A stretch of 64,000 nucleotides of DNA from Adineta vaga (Eukaryota > Animalia > Rotifera), in assembly GCA_021613535.1 (NCBI GenBank), contig CP075497.1, positions 10,478,001 to 10,542,000 on the forward strand, read 5' to 3'. The notes beneath the pieces are model-generated. The model was not told the origin of the DNA and did not search any database. It saw only the letters and a list, made by a program, of their open reading frames with translations. Below are positions 1 to 14,175 of this stretch, one piece after another. The stretch's first letter is position 1; the number at the start of each line of letters is the position of its first letter. The position numbers were made by a program, and so were the translations under genes.

Positions 1-884
1 CATCAAATAATACCAATAATACAAATGACAGTAATTCATCCTCTTCTTACAATAGTTCTTCGTCTACAACAGTGCCTGTCATATCGATCATTCCACGAAA
101 TCAAACAAAAGATTCAATCAATTCGTCAGAATCAATAGCAACACCTGTTTTTACTTCAATTTCGTCGTCTGCACAATCAACAAAACCTCCCATTAAAACT
201 TATGAACAACGTGAACTTGAATACAGATTAGCTAGACTTAGGTAAATTCTTTCAGAAAAAGAAATATTAACTCTTGTTCTGATCATTATTATTTCTTTCA
301 GAATTATGGGCGAAGAAGAAAGTTCAGCAAAAGATGATGATGATGATATACCTACTGTTGAAGTAACGCCTTTGTCTACAGACGATAGTACTAAAACGGC
401 ATTGTCTTCAACGACAAGATCAACAAATAAAATGAATGGATTTTCACAACCACCTCTTCAATGTCATTCAACACCTGGTAGTTATGCTTCAGATTTATAT
501 ACACTCAATAATGTCCCATCAAATACAGGAACAATTCATTTTACACCAAATAATAATACTAATAATAATAGTACGGCAAATCTTGGAACAGGACCTTTTT
601 CTTCGCCTAACTTTCCTCAACATTATCGTAATACATTTACCGGTCCATACTCTCATTTACTACCGACTCCACCTGGAGTTCCACGTTATCCTATACCAGC
701 AACAACAACTACTACACTCTATATGACATCCACAGCACCATTTATCAGCGCACCATTATCATCTGTATCTTCGTCATATCATTATCCACCACAGCAGCAT
801 CCAAATTTGTCAACAAATAATTGGTATCATTATCAACATCCTCAAACACCGTACGGTACGCAACAATATGGACATCCGCAATAA
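1..884 (+). CDS. 3' part of a SUZ-domain RNA-binding protein (SZRD1/R3HDM-like); 5' end lies outside the window
   Basis: Splicing out intron 242..301 (GT..AG) gives KPPIKTYEQRELEYRLARLRIMG, the SUZ core motif. It is followed by a P/S/Q/Y-rich low-complexity tail ending at TAA 884. Confidence 0.7.
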
Positions 885-1084
885 ATTATTCACAGAAAGA
901 AATACATGATTGTTTCATTTTCTCTCTTATTTTTTAAAAAATTCATTCGTCGATCGATCGACATCAGATTTAAAAAAAAAGAAATCAACATTTTTTGTAC
1001 TGCATGTTAAACAGCTTCATAAATTTGAATCCAGCTGGAAGAATATAATTCGCTGACAAATAGTGAGAAACAATTTTAAAATAT

Positions 1085-2700
1085 TCCAAAAGACTTGTGT
1101 TAAGCAATGATACTGTCAAAAGCTGTGCATTTGACTGAACGTGTTCTCCTCTTAACAGTGTCTGTGATACTACTATATACTCTCAGATATCTTCCTATAC
1201 ACAAAAAAAAAACAATTCTTTTCTATCGTTTAACTGAGCTGATGTTTTATTTTTACCTTATATCTTTCTTAGACACTTCGACTTCTGATGATAGAATTAA
1301 CAATCAAAAATAAGCTTTTACTGATTCTTAAAGCCTTTTCTTGAAACTTACGAACTGGCTTCAGTTAACTCCGGAGACCGGAACCATCGTCTTGAGTTAG
1401 GACGAACAATTAGTAAATAAGGATTTAGTCTTTCCTGGCAACGAACACTACCGACAATAATTTCATCAGGTAAGAACAAACATGGTCGAAAGAGGTTTAA
1501 AGATCGTTTACTTGGTGCTTCATTGGAAACAATTATATATTGTATAAATTTTATCATGTTTATTTTGTTGCAAATAAATTTGAAAAAGTTTCGTTGTAAA
1601 ATTCAGCAAAAGAATACACAATGAAAGGTCTATCTTCTATAGAAAAAAATGAAATATATTTTGATATCATGGATAAGTTAGAAAGTGACAAATGAGAAAA
1701 AAGAAGGATTGATCTTGAGAACAAGGATATTTCCAAAACAAATTGAATAGAAAAATAGAACAAGTAACAAAGAGATCAACGTATCTAACTATACTTTGTT
1801 GATCTATTTTCATAGTGAATACGTGCTTTACTCGTCGTCTAATATCTATCGTCGATATTCATACAATCAAATTGTTCAGCGTTCAATATCGAGACTAATA
1901 TTTATTTCAAAATGTGATGAATTCCCATGCTTATTCTTACTAAATTACATTATATCAGAGGAAAATAATTTGGTTAGAATACATTTGTGAACAATTATTA
2001 TCAATATAATAAAACGAACACTTTTCAATTTTAATTCTATATCTATTAATTTAGACAAAGATTTATTATAAAAATATTTGTAAATTTATCATTTGAGTCT
2101 GCCACTAATAGTCTTAGGAAAGAATATAATATTTGATAAGAATTTTTTACTTTTGCCCGGACGCAAATAGCTAGGTTATGTATGCAATCTATGTACCCAA
2201 TGCATCGATCTATATGCACTACGAGGACAAACGATGCGTTATTTAAGTACAAGAAAATCGACAGAAAAGAGAAGAAGAAGAGAATTATTATTTACTCAAA
2301 GACGACGGTTGAAGGTAGCGATGGCTTCGTTGTTTTCATCTTGTATATTGACAGCAATACTTTTTATTCCTTTGCTTGACTATTTTTTTCTCATTTTTGT
2401 ACAGTAGAACTGAAAAATGAACTTTTAGCACGCCATTTTCTTCGTTCTATTATGTCTAGATAAGTGAAAGTAAGATGATTGTTTCTTTTCCTTTACATAA
2501 ACTTAATCGAATGGTATAATGAAGTTCATAGACTAAGTACCTATGTTCGAATCTACTTGACCGTCCACATACAGCTCCACTCCTCCTAATAAATAGAGGC
2601 AGTCGGCGTTCCCTATGATGTGGAAAATCGATTGTCCTCTCGCTATGCTGATAGATCTTCTCCTTGCGAGACATAGCTGATCTTTCGGAACGTAGAGTAC
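1085..2700 (-). pseudogene. Decayed intron-containing gene or mobile-element relic of unknown family
   Basis: Three GC-richer, coding-like minus-strand blocks: VLYVPKDQLCLARRRSISIARGQSIFHIIGNADCLYLLGGVELY (~2700-2560), VSNEAPSKRSLNLFRPCLFLPDEIIVG...ASS ending at a GTAAG donor (~1530-1350), and EDI*EYIVVSQTLLRGEHVQSNAQLLTVSLLN after an acceptor at 1195-1196, with an in-frame TGA at 1183-1185. Confidence 0.45.
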
Positions 2701-5117
2701 AAACAAATAGAATTAATTATCTTATTTTATTAAATGAATTTCATATAAATAAAATTGCATTTTTTGTTTCATTTTCATATTAACAAGTTATTAATGACCT
2801 TGAACATTACAAATTTTGTTATCTTATTATTCTTCCTTGTTAACAAACATATCAAATATTTCTTTACTTTTTTCTTTCGTTTGCTCGAATAAAAAAAAGA
2901 AATAAAACAAAAAAATCGTCTAACGTACCACACTACGTACTGACTTAGTTGTAAATAGACTGATAATGATAGTTTTTTGCTATAGAAATTTTCGCGCTTA
3001 AATGAATAGATAATCGGCTTATGAGTCGTAGATGAATACATACAGTCAAAACAATTCAAATCTGAATAGAATACTTTTTCCCTTGGCAATCAGTGGAAAC
3101 TTACGTAGCTATCTTTTTATTAAATTATTATATCATTTAACGTTTGGATTATTTATGGATACAAACACTTTTGAGTATAGTCTATATTGACCTTCGATTT
3201 CTAGTACAACAATAGATAATTGTCTGAGTTTACCTAAACTGTGTCGATTTAAGTGTCACACGGCAGTCTATTAAAAAATCGTAATAAAAATTGTTTTTTT
3301 ATTTATTTATTTAACGATCTCGTTGTACGAAAGTGTTATTTATATCGTTAATATTTCGATGGACTTTGCTCTTCTTTTTTAATACTGTGTTTATCATTCA
3401 GGTAAAGTCATCGTAGTCATTCGTTGGACTCATGATTCTATTCGCTTAGTATTGTGCTTACTAAGTATGTACTCACTACTCGATATTGTGTAAGTTTCAT
3501 ACTATTCATATTCATTAGTCTTTTCTTTCAATATGAATACATTCTGATATGTAATATAAATCTTTTTTGGGATAGATAAGTTTTATAAATCTTATTCATT
3601 AGATATTTGAAATAGCTGAAAATAGAACTGACAAGAAAACAAGCTTTTTATTATGTTAAATAAGACGAATACATTGACGTGTATGAGTATGTATATATGA
3701 AGTAATAATAAAAATAAATTGGAATTTTATAAGCACACCTGAATACTTGTTAGTTCGTTCGTGTCTAGCTACGTATATCATTAATGAGTCGTTTGATCGA
3801 CGCAGTTATCGACACGTTTTTCAATTCATTCGCTCATATATTATATATCATAATACATCTGTAATCGTCAAACTCAAATATGATCACTAAATCGTTTTCT
3901 TAAAATTGTACATTGATATATGATATTTATACGCAATAAGAATCAGCTAGAAACATCTAATAAAGAAAATAGTTTAGCGTCACTTTTATTCAGGAAGAGT
4001 GGAGAACTTCTAGAACATTCTGAGCAGAAGGTAGATAATACCAAGGATAACGATCGCACATCATTTCATTCAAAATGCTTATCAAATGATATTATTTTAA
4101 TATACATGACTGATCATTTAAAATATTTAATGTCATTCATTTATCAATTATCGACACGCACGTGTATCAAATGGACAGGTAAGTTATAAAATTGATGTGC
4201 ATTTTGAAAAATCAATCGTATTTTATTTCGATAGATTTTATTTTTGACAGAGGTTAGATAATATCTAAAAGAATGTCATCATCCTTTAAGATAGAATCGA
4301 ATATTTTATTATCGGCAGATAATATTTGCATATGACAATTAAAAAAAGAATATAGTTATCTCTTATAGCCTATAATATTTGACATACAACAATAGAAATG
4401 AGTGATAAGAAACCCAAAGATAAGTAGAACAAGAATAGAAATATAATAATTTCATCAGTAGATTTCTTTCCTATCAGTCGACAATAATCTCAAATTTGTT
4501 GGATGATGAAATCATATATGCGTTGATTTTTCTCGTTGTTTACCTTTTTAATATAATTGATGTATATCTTTAATTATATTTACATTTATCTGTATCAATT
4601 CGTTCGATTATTTAGATGATAGTGAATGAAGACAGATTTGAAGAAGAAGCTAGAATTCGAATCAATCCATCGATGTAATGTGAATATCAAAACAAAATTC
4701 TCTACTACTACAATTGTTGTAATTAATGGTTGGAGAAAAGAATCCACCAGTCAATAGAAAGGAATCGATGAGTCATATCGATTGCAGTTTTGTTGTTGTT
4801 CTTTCTTTCCTCAAGGTTTATTTCGTTGTATTAGACGAATATTCATTCTTTTTCTTCTTACTCTCAAATATCATTTGGACTGACTCATTCATCGAAAGGT
4901 CAAAACGTACATACTATACTAAAATCCTTTTCTGGTCGATAGGGGGTGTGAATATATAACTATAAACACACAGTTATCCTTCTTTTTTTCTTCTATTCTA
5001 ACTCTAAGAACGGCTATTCTTCTTGACAAATACATTTCTTCGTTATTTGATCTTTTAGATTTTAATATAGACAAATTTTCTTTTTTTATTTATTCAAATC
5101 AATTATCTACACTGCCA

Positions 5118-7116
5118 ATGTCTCTGAACACAAAAGCAACGAATGGGAATGATCATGTTGATACTCCATTTTTATCAAGTAATCATAAAGTAATACATTA
5201 TTTGCAACATTCAACACTTAATACAAATAATTCATTAAATAATCTTCATAAAACATCTTCACATACACAAGATTTATTCAATGCAAAAGAAACGTCTATA
5301 AATAACAACAATCATCATTACCATCATCATCATCATCAACAACAACAACAATCACAGTCACAATCTCGTATACGTTCTTCCTCAGACGATGGTTCTTCAT
5401 CATCTGTTATTGACTCATTATCAAGATCCGATTTTAGTCTTGGTTCTAGTCTATCTGATCCCGGTGGATATTGTAATATATTTAGTTCAAATACATCATC
5501 ATCTGGTATATGTAGCACATTTTCTGATGTTGGTCATGAAGAAGGAACATCAACATCATCGGAAGAACTTGATTTTAATCTTGGTTTTGATCAAATTAGT
5601 GATAATGATGATATGGAAATAGCTAATCTCAATGAAATTGATGATGATGACGATGATGATGATGAATATGAACAACATGACGGAGATAATCAACGAACCT
5701 CAATAAAGAATAATACCGAAAGTGGTGGTAAATAGAAAAGAAAATTTCTATATTTGATTCTGACTTTTTTTTGCTTCTACTAAGATACAGCTACATTACT
5801 TGATGCGAATGATTCAAATTTAGATGCACGTATAAGCGAATTGGAAGAATTTCTTCGAAAATCTTATAATTCAACACATATTGATGACTATGATTTTAAT
5901 AATGATGATACAATTACTGCAAATCATACCAAAAAACGATCACGTGCATCCTTTCTTCATGATTCAACATATACATTATGTTCACAAGATCGTTTTTCTG
6001 CCTATACAGAAGATGATGATCACGAGCAGGAACAGAGCACTGCTGGCAATTGTGTTCGTTCAAATTCCTTAGGAATTGTTCCACAAAACAGAAAAGTAGC
6101 TTTGCTGGATAAAGCACCGAAAAAAGTTGTTCGTTTTGCCGATATGTTGGTATGTTTTTGTGTATTTAACGATTAGATAAACGTAGTGTTCATTGCACAT
6201 AAGAATAGAAAAAAAAGTTCATTCAAAGGTCAGATAAACGAATTAGAAAAGAACGTAAATATTTTCACGTTGAGTTCTATTATTTATCGGTAAGAAATAT
6301 TCTTTCCAGAGTAAATAAATGAGTGAGATAAATATCAGTTTTATTTACTTTCTTCAGTAATTTCAATGATATTTGTATAAAGAAGTAGTCATTTAAATCT
6401 TTGATAATTGTGAAGGATATTTCTCTCGTTATATTTTAAAGTCATCATAAACATTTCCTTGGTCAATCTCATTACTCATTTTTATTCTGTTTTTTCAGGG
6501 ACTTGATCTTGAATCTATTCGTTATATGACTCCACCTGATCAATCCACAAATTCACTCATACAAGAGTGTATTCGTATTAAACTTGAACAATTACGATTA
6601 GCCAAAAATCGATCAAATCTATCTACTTCATCATCAACATCATCATGTCCATTCGATCTTTCGAATATTAGTAAACGATCATCTTCATCATCGACTCTAA
6701 CAACTCCGATGAAATCAACATATCAATATTATCTTATTTCAAAACATTTCACATCTCCAACGAATATTATTCCATTGATATATCAACAACACATTATGCT
6801 CGAATGTTTATATACAAAAGATTCGATCGCATATGGAACTGTTCGTGTTCATAACTGTGCATATGATAAACGTATATTTGCTCGTATAACTGAAAATGAT
6901 TGGAAATCGTTTCAAGATATACAAGCATGGCATTCAATGAATTATTCAAATGATAATACAGATACATTTACATTTGAAATACGTCTAGGCAAATATTCTG
7001 ACCCACATCAAGCACCGAAAGAAATTTATTTCGCTGTTTGTTTACAAGCTATGAATCAAGAATTTTGGGATAATAATCAAGGATGGAATTATATCTTAGA
7101 AGTATTTGAAAGGTAA
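5118..7116 (+). CDS. PPP1R3: Protein phosphatase 1 glycogen-targeting regulatory subunit (PPP1R3 family, CBM21 domain)
   Basis: Exons 5118-5727, 5785-6149, 6499-7116. PP1-docking RVxF motif KKVVRFADMLGLDL; CBM21 motifs GTVRVHNCAYDKRIFAR, DTFTF and EFWDNNQGWNY. Confidence 0.9.
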
Positions 7117-7209
7117 AATAAACAGAAATCTAAAGCATTTTTTTATTTTTAATCCTCAGTCAAGACGTGATAATCGACTTCTTTTTTTTTATAAATTTCA
7201 TTGAAAAGT

Positions 7210-7530
7210 TAAACTATAGAATGATCTATTTATGGGTAATAAACGAGAAATTTTACGATAATAAATCTATTTATTGATGAAATTGACAGACTGTTATATA
7301 GAAGAATATCCATATGTAGTTTCTATTGAAATCCTTCTGTAATGATAATCAAACTATCAAAGATGTTATATATTCCATCTGTAGATTGTCCTCGTCTTAG
7401 TACAGTAAATATTTTTTTCGAATAGTTGATTGATTTCATCTGGACATGTGGTAGTTTTCATGTCAAACATTTCATCCGACTTATTCTTCAGTGATGTAGT
7501 TCACACTTCATCTAGGTCAAATTCTTTGAT
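7210..7530 (-). pseudogene. Possible decayed gene fragment
   Basis: Minus-strand reading IKEFDLDEV*TTSLKNKSDEMFDMKTTTCPDEINQLFEK/IFTVLRRGQSTDGIYNIFDSLIIITEGFQ*KLHMDIL; stops at 7501-7503 and 7323-7325 and a frameshift in the T7 run at 7412-7418. Confidence 0.3.
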
Positions 7531-10500
7531 CTTATCAATGTTTTTTCTTCTTTATATCCAGCTGAGTTTCTATTTTTAATAGTTCATATCGTAATAATCT
7601 ACCTATTTCGTCATTCATGGATCTTTTGACGAGATTAAATTAAAGTTTCGAGGGCATTTCAAAGATATTTGAGTAGCTTTCTATTGAATCAAAATTTAGA
7701 ATTATTAAATCGATGAAGAGATACAATCATTTTGGGCATCTAAAGGTTGATTGAAAAATTGTATTTATGAGAAAAAAAGATTGAGTTAGATGATTGTTAG
7801 ACGGTTTGATCGATGTCAATTAAGGTTGAAATATATAAAATTATTATAAATATCTCAAGAGATAAACGTTATTATTACAATCTCTTGAGAATCTATCTTT
7901 AGATGAATGAAATGTTGTTCTACAATGTTCTTTTTTTCCTGTTTTTATGGCAAAATAAAGTACTCTAAGTAAATCAAAGATGATGTAAAATTGTCACGTC
8001 TCATAAATCAAATAGTAATATGTTTTTTTTTCTCCTTTTCCAATTTTCTTATTATTTATATTGCCAAGAATGTACTTAGATGTTTTTAAATGAAACGAAA
8101 CATTTGTCAGTTAGTTCCCTGATGAATTCAAAATTCCTATAGAATTATCGGAGAAAATTACCAAAAGATTTTTCTTGTTTTCATGTGCTTGAACGATAGA
8201 ATACAATCAGTTTTATTTATTCAATCAATTTCAAGATATATATGAGAATCTATGTGCTTTTCCTGATGACGTATTGTAGAAAATAATAAGATAAATCTGA
8301 CAAGTAAACAATCAATCAAGATTTTTAAGAGGAAAAGAAAAAAATAAACGAAATAATAAATTTGATTGTTTTCTTTTTATGTTCTAGGCGATGAAAAAAA
8401 AAGAAGTTCAATTGCGAAGAGAAAAAAAACCAATGAACATAAATGCTCAAAATTGACATACACGTCTAACGTGCATCTGTCATTCTTATCTATTTTTCTG
8501 TCTCTTTCGCTTTTTTTTACATGGTGATAAATATATTTCTTCTTTCACTATTTTTTTCTCTTGTACATTAATTTTCGTTTTTCTTTTTCTGTCATTTGAA
8601 CATACGACTCGTTTTTTCTTTCTTATTATTATTGTCTTCGATTTTCTTTCTCTATTTGATTATTTACTTGTGTATGTGAGCCGATAAGTGAGATTGATTA
8701 TTAAAGAAAAGAAAAACAACAACAACAATTGCCACTACACATATCTATATTGTCTTGTTTTTTCTATCTTCTTTGATGTACCCGCTAATAGAAGAATTAA
8801 GAATTAAGCGTATATTACAATCTTCTAAAGTATGTATCTGATTCTTTTCTTCGATAACCATACTTTTATCAAAACTTTTCTCATACATCTGCTTGTACAC
8901 ATACATGGAGTTTTCTTGCTTGATCAAATCATATTTATATGGGATGTACGTTTTCTTTTTGTTGGCGCATTTCCGTCTATTTGATCCTGTGATATTAATG
9001 GGGATGATGAATGATTTTTTGTTGGTTGATTTACATAAACTGTCGAGTTTTGCACATTATTGATGGAGTAGATATGAAATAAATGAAAGAATAATGACAT
9101 GAAGAAAAGAAATTCCTTATGATCATATGTTCTTCTATCATTGAATGATATCAATTCACGCTGATGTTGTCTTAGCATAGATAGTAGATACTCTTGTTTA
9201 GACTTGTCTGAACCTTTTCGATATAAACAATTGTATCTGAACGATAAAGTTGAAGTAATGTTTATTGTCAATCATGGTAAGTTGATTAATTCTATTGTTG
9301 ATAAGACAATGATAATTGAGGTACATAAAGTACCATCAATATAAACTGAAAGATTATTCAATTCAATGTGTTGATGGAAACATGATACACGATGATGATA
9401 GATAAGTTAGAAAGATATGAGATCAGAATAAGAAATATTTCCTTGATTTAGATCTACCAATTGATTTTTATATATAGATCTATTTTTTTCGTCCATCAAG
9501 AATGTGTTTGTCTATTTGTTTAAAGAAACATTTTCATATATGAAGAAAAAAAAAAGAATTTCTGGTTAGTAATTCTTCTATCAACAAACAATCATTTTCG
9601 ATTTTGAGTACTTCATATATTTTTTTTATAAATTCGATTAAATACTCGAACATTCTTCAACAAAATAAGTTCGATTTCGACAGCTTTAGGCTATCGGAAT
9701 GTTCTAAACATATCCGTACATATTGACAAGAATAAACTAAACCAACCTCCAATCGATCGTCTATAAAATGCCGAGAACAATATCTTATTTACTCGTATAT
9801 AAACACAAATAGAACTTCTATCATCTCTATTTCTCGCTTTCTTTTTCTCTCTTTTCCTCTCGTGCGTTTCTTCTTGCTTGAATTTTCTCTCCATCCGTTA
9901 TTTTTATCTACATCTAGCAAGAACAGATATTCATTTCGGTTGTTGGGAAGTAATAAAGAAGAAGAGAAGAGAAGAGTTTACAGGCATCTTCTTAATGATA
10001 CCGATGAACCCGTTGTATTTCCTGTTGGTAGAAGAGAGTAATATATACAAAATTTTACTAAAATCACCTACTTAGTTAGTTAGTTAGTTAGAATCGTAGA
10101 TAATCCGATTATTTATTCGAAACAATATCGAATATTTTCACTTCGAAATACAAATTTGTAAAACTAGTATTAATAGAATGACATGGTTAAGAAACTGAAT
10201 ACGTTACATAAAAAATAATTATTGTTTTTCATTTGTCTTAGATGACATATATATCTATCTATAACAAGACACAGATACTTAAACGGAAGTTAATAGCTAG
10301 AGAAGAACATGGATTTCCTTTATTTGCATTATATTGATACTTGATAGTAGACTAACAAACATAGGATTACTGTCAATTAGAGTGACGAATTTTGACTAAT
10401 AATCATAATCGAAATGTAGATAGTTCAAATGATATACTTTGTGCACAATTCTCATCATGATCGATAATGATAGTCTTATTAGCAGCTGCATTTTATCGCA

Positions 10501-11241
10501 TAAAGTAATCTGATAGAGTAAAATTGCGCTATGAGTCGATATATTTCTCTCTTCATTCTTTTTCTCTTCAATCAACAACGTTTCCTGCCTTGACAAACAC
10601 ACGTTCGTATCGACTTTGAAGATAAATCGCGTGAGAATACTTTTTTTTAATTGTCATGTATGAAATAGTTACAGCTTAGTCGTTGTAAGAAGATTATATG
10701 TGTCATCTCTAGTCAATATCTAAAACAAACGAACTAATGATAGTGACTATCAGAAAAAGAAAAAAATTATTTATTTCTTCTGTTTCACTGGTTTTTATGA
10801 ATATGATAAATACAAAAGAAGAAGAAAAAACACATACAGAGAGAAGAGAGTATAAAAATAATCAGTAAAATAGACCTCGATCATCCAATATAAATCGTCA
10901 CTTGTTTTTGTTACACATACCCATGATTTCAATATGCAAAAATATACGAATCCTTTCGGCATCAATCTCACCAGCGATATTTTGTAATGATTGGCGCACG
11001 TATGACCTTGTTGACAATTGACATTCTTTTTCAGAATTTTCTTCCTTGAGAAATCATCGAGAGAAAAGTAAATGAAAGATCGTGTATATTTATTTACTAT
11101 TAATTGTTGATAAGAAAAACACTAACACACACACGAATATTAAATCTTTTCATGTTCTTTAGTCTTCTTTTTTAAGTGGCAAACGCAAAAAAACAAAGAG
11201 ATAGAAGATTTGTCTGATTGCAAAGTACTTCTTTAACGATC

Positions 11242-12438
11242 ATGAATGTATCGACGACATCGTCGACATCTTCAATATCTGAACAACGTCTTGTCGAATT
11301 TAAACGTATTGTCGAAGGATATTTATTATCAATCGTATGCATATGTGGCTTATTAGGTAATGCCTTAACTTGTGTGATATTATCCAGTCGTGTTATGCGT
11401 ACATCAACAACAAATATCTATATATTTGCATTGTCATGCGCTTCATCATGTGTTTTAATTGGATTTTTGCTAACGCACGGTATTCGTTCAACATTTCATG
11501 CTGAAATATTCTATCAACTTATCTTTACACGAGTTTTTCCTATACATTTAACATGTTTATTAATTCAAATCTATTTAACAGCAACTGTAGCTGTTGATCG
11601 TTTTATTCTCATTTGTTTGCCATTTCGTGGACAAAAATGGCGTAGTCCACGGCACGCTATTTTTGTTGTTCTTTGTGTCACTATATTCTGTATTATATAT
11701 TGCATACCATTTTGGTTTGAATTTACTTTAATGAAGAAAAATAATACAAAAACCATTGTTCTGTCCAAAATCGGTTTACATCCAGTGTTTCGATTGATAA
11801 TGCGTAAATATCTTTATTTTGTTTTTGTTTTTCTTATTCCATTATCAACCATTATTATATGTAAAACAATGATTATTAAAAAATTATATACTGTACGTCA
11901 ACGTAAACGACTATTAGGAACACTATCAAAACAAAATCGTTCATCGAATGCTATTAATTTCTTATTATTATCAATTGTTTTTGTTTTTCTTTTAACGCAA
12001 TTACCCTGCTTTGTTTTTAATGTTCTTTATTCATGGATGGGCGCAACTTTAATGGCTAATTTACGTGCAAGACAATATCTTGCTATCAATAATCTTTTAT
12101 TAGTTATTAATGCATCATCAACATTCATACTTTATGCATTTTTTGATCGAAAATTTCGACAAGTTGGTCAACATTTCTTATTTTGTCATCCATTACCAGC
12201 TAGTTTCGATGGGCAAGGTGGTGCAACACGTATATTAACATCGAATCGAAATCCAAGTTTTTTCTTTTCCAATAGCAAATCATCACGTTCATCAATACAT
12301 TTATTAAAGAATCATCGTTATTCATCAACTGTAAATAATAATCTCCAAGATTTAACTAAAAATCAATTATTTGAAGGTAAATTATTAACTGCCAAAAGTG
12401 TTCCACTTCTTGAAACAGATGAACAACTATCAACATAG
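11242..12438 (+). CDS. Class A GPCR, FMRFamide/neuropeptide receptor-like, intronless
   Basis: Seven hydrophobic segments; GLLGN in TM1, AVDRF (DRY equivalent), IPFWFE, TQLP in TM6, INASSTFILY...KFR in TM7/helix 8. First ATG is at 11242. Confidence 0.85.
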   Translation: MNVSTTSSTSSISEQRLVEFKRIVEGYLLSIVCICGLLGNALTCVILSSRVMRTSTTNIYIFALSCASSCVLIGFLLTHGIRSTFHAEIFYQLIFTRVFPIHLTCLLIQIYLTATVAVDRFILICLPFRGQKWRSPRHAIFVVLCVTIFCIIYCIPFWFEFTLMKKNNTKTIVLSKIGLHPVFRLIMRKYLYFVFVFLIPLSTIIICKTMIIKKLYTVRQRKRLLGTLSKQNRSSNAINFLLLSIVFVFLLTQLPCFVFNVLYSWMGATLMANLRARQYLAINNLLLVINASSTFILYAFFDRKFRQVGQHFLFCHPLPASFDGQGGATRILTSNRNPSFFFSNSKSSRSSIHLLKNHRYSSTVNNNLQDLTKNQLFEGKLLTAKSVPLLETDEQLST

Positions 12439-14175
12439 AACTAAAACTTCTAGTTAGACTTTTTTTTTTCTTCTTCTTCTTTATGTCCAGATTATCGATT
12501 GTTTTTAGTTATAAACATAATTGAAACCTCACTGTCAATTTACACATATACATTTATCAAAGAAAAGAAAAAAAACGACATATCTAGAAATGTCTTGTGA
12601 TTATAAAATGATAAATGGATACTTTATTTAATCGATTCCATGTCAAGATGACAATTATCTAGAAATATATATCATTTTCTCTTAGAAGAAAACATTCATT
12701 CATAGTCGATAGAATAAGAAACATAGTTTACTTAATCTTACTTTTAATTTCAACTATTCTAGCCACATGTCAGTCATAACATTTCTAATTATAACGGAAA
12801 TTTATGTCGTAGATTCTTGACATGGTCTTATTAACCTATATCTGGACATATTTCGAGGGTTAATTATACTTGAACTACATCAAACTTGAGTAAGAAGAAT
12901 CCAGAAAGACCCGGAGAATATCATAATAGTCTTTTCTCTCTCTGTACTTTTAATTAAAAATCGATTGTTTAGTTAAAAGAATAACTATTCATCATCGACG
13001 AAGATAAAAGCGAGCTAAGAAAAGGCTTTGATCGAAGTTGTTTGTCAATAAAAGATATAAAAGGTACTGTCAATCTATTTGAATAATAAATTCATTCAAC
13101 AGATGGTTTGCAATAGTTATAAATAAATCTAATATGATTCTTTTCTTTCATATCGTTTCAAGAGATAATTGCTCTACATGCAACTATATTTATTACTTTC
13201 TTACTCTATAATTAATCAAACTTCCGACACTATAATAAATTCTATCAACGATTTTGAAAACTTTTGTTTTTTAGTCATATAATCTACCGTTGACAATGTA
13301 TATGAAATATTTTTACTTGATGAAGAATGATCTATCGAAAAAAATGTACTTGAAATGATCAACAGATTTGTTATACTAAGCAAGATAACTGATATGATTG
13401 TTCTATTTTCTAAAGATCACATTTCAGAAACGATTAAAAGATGCCTTCGTGCATATTTACTCTCTCTCTAATCTATAATTAAATTTGCATACATCAGTAT
13501 TTAATGAATTGGAAAATTATGTTTTCCTTTTTTCTTCAATAAAACAAAAAGTAGATCACTAAAGATCAAACATTTAACAATTAATTACAATTTGTTTTCG
13601 ATTCATTAACTAAAAAACTACTTGTGCGATTCTTGTCTATTTCCTCGACGGCTTCATTAACTTTCTGAACATGATATTTAAATAAAAATCGTACTTACGC
13701 CTACACTCATTAATCGTAATTTCCAATACTGACAGTTTAAGAAGGAACTAACTGAAATTATCATAATGATTTCTAGGAAAAGATTCATTGTTATATTCTC
13801 AGATAATTATTTTCAAAATAACTAACATGTTTTGTATGTAAAATAATCTTATCTAATGACTATGTCTTTCGTGAGAGATTAGAAGAATTCGTGTGGATTA
13901 CAATCGTCCCCTCTAGCATTCTATGAGATGAAATATATTAAGCTAAAAGAGAGTTTTTCTTTCTTTTTCACAGAATGGAAAAAGATGTTTTCGTTATCTT
14001 TAACCTTCAAGCTTAATTATCGATAATGCTGTTATTTTTGTCTGCTAGGAAAATGTTGATATCAAGACTAAGAAGAAAAATATCGAATTGAATAGACACT
14101 GCACAAAATCCGAATGTTTATTTAATGAATAAGACGATGAACAACATGTAAATATAATACAAAAAACAAAACAAT

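Noticed and set aside
10072-10091. (TTAG)n run as a telomeric repeat
   Set aside because: Only about five units; an ordinary microsatellite.
13620-14050. Minus-strand exon-like segments with splice signals downstream of SDE2
   Set aside because: No consistent reading frame or recognisable product could be assembled.
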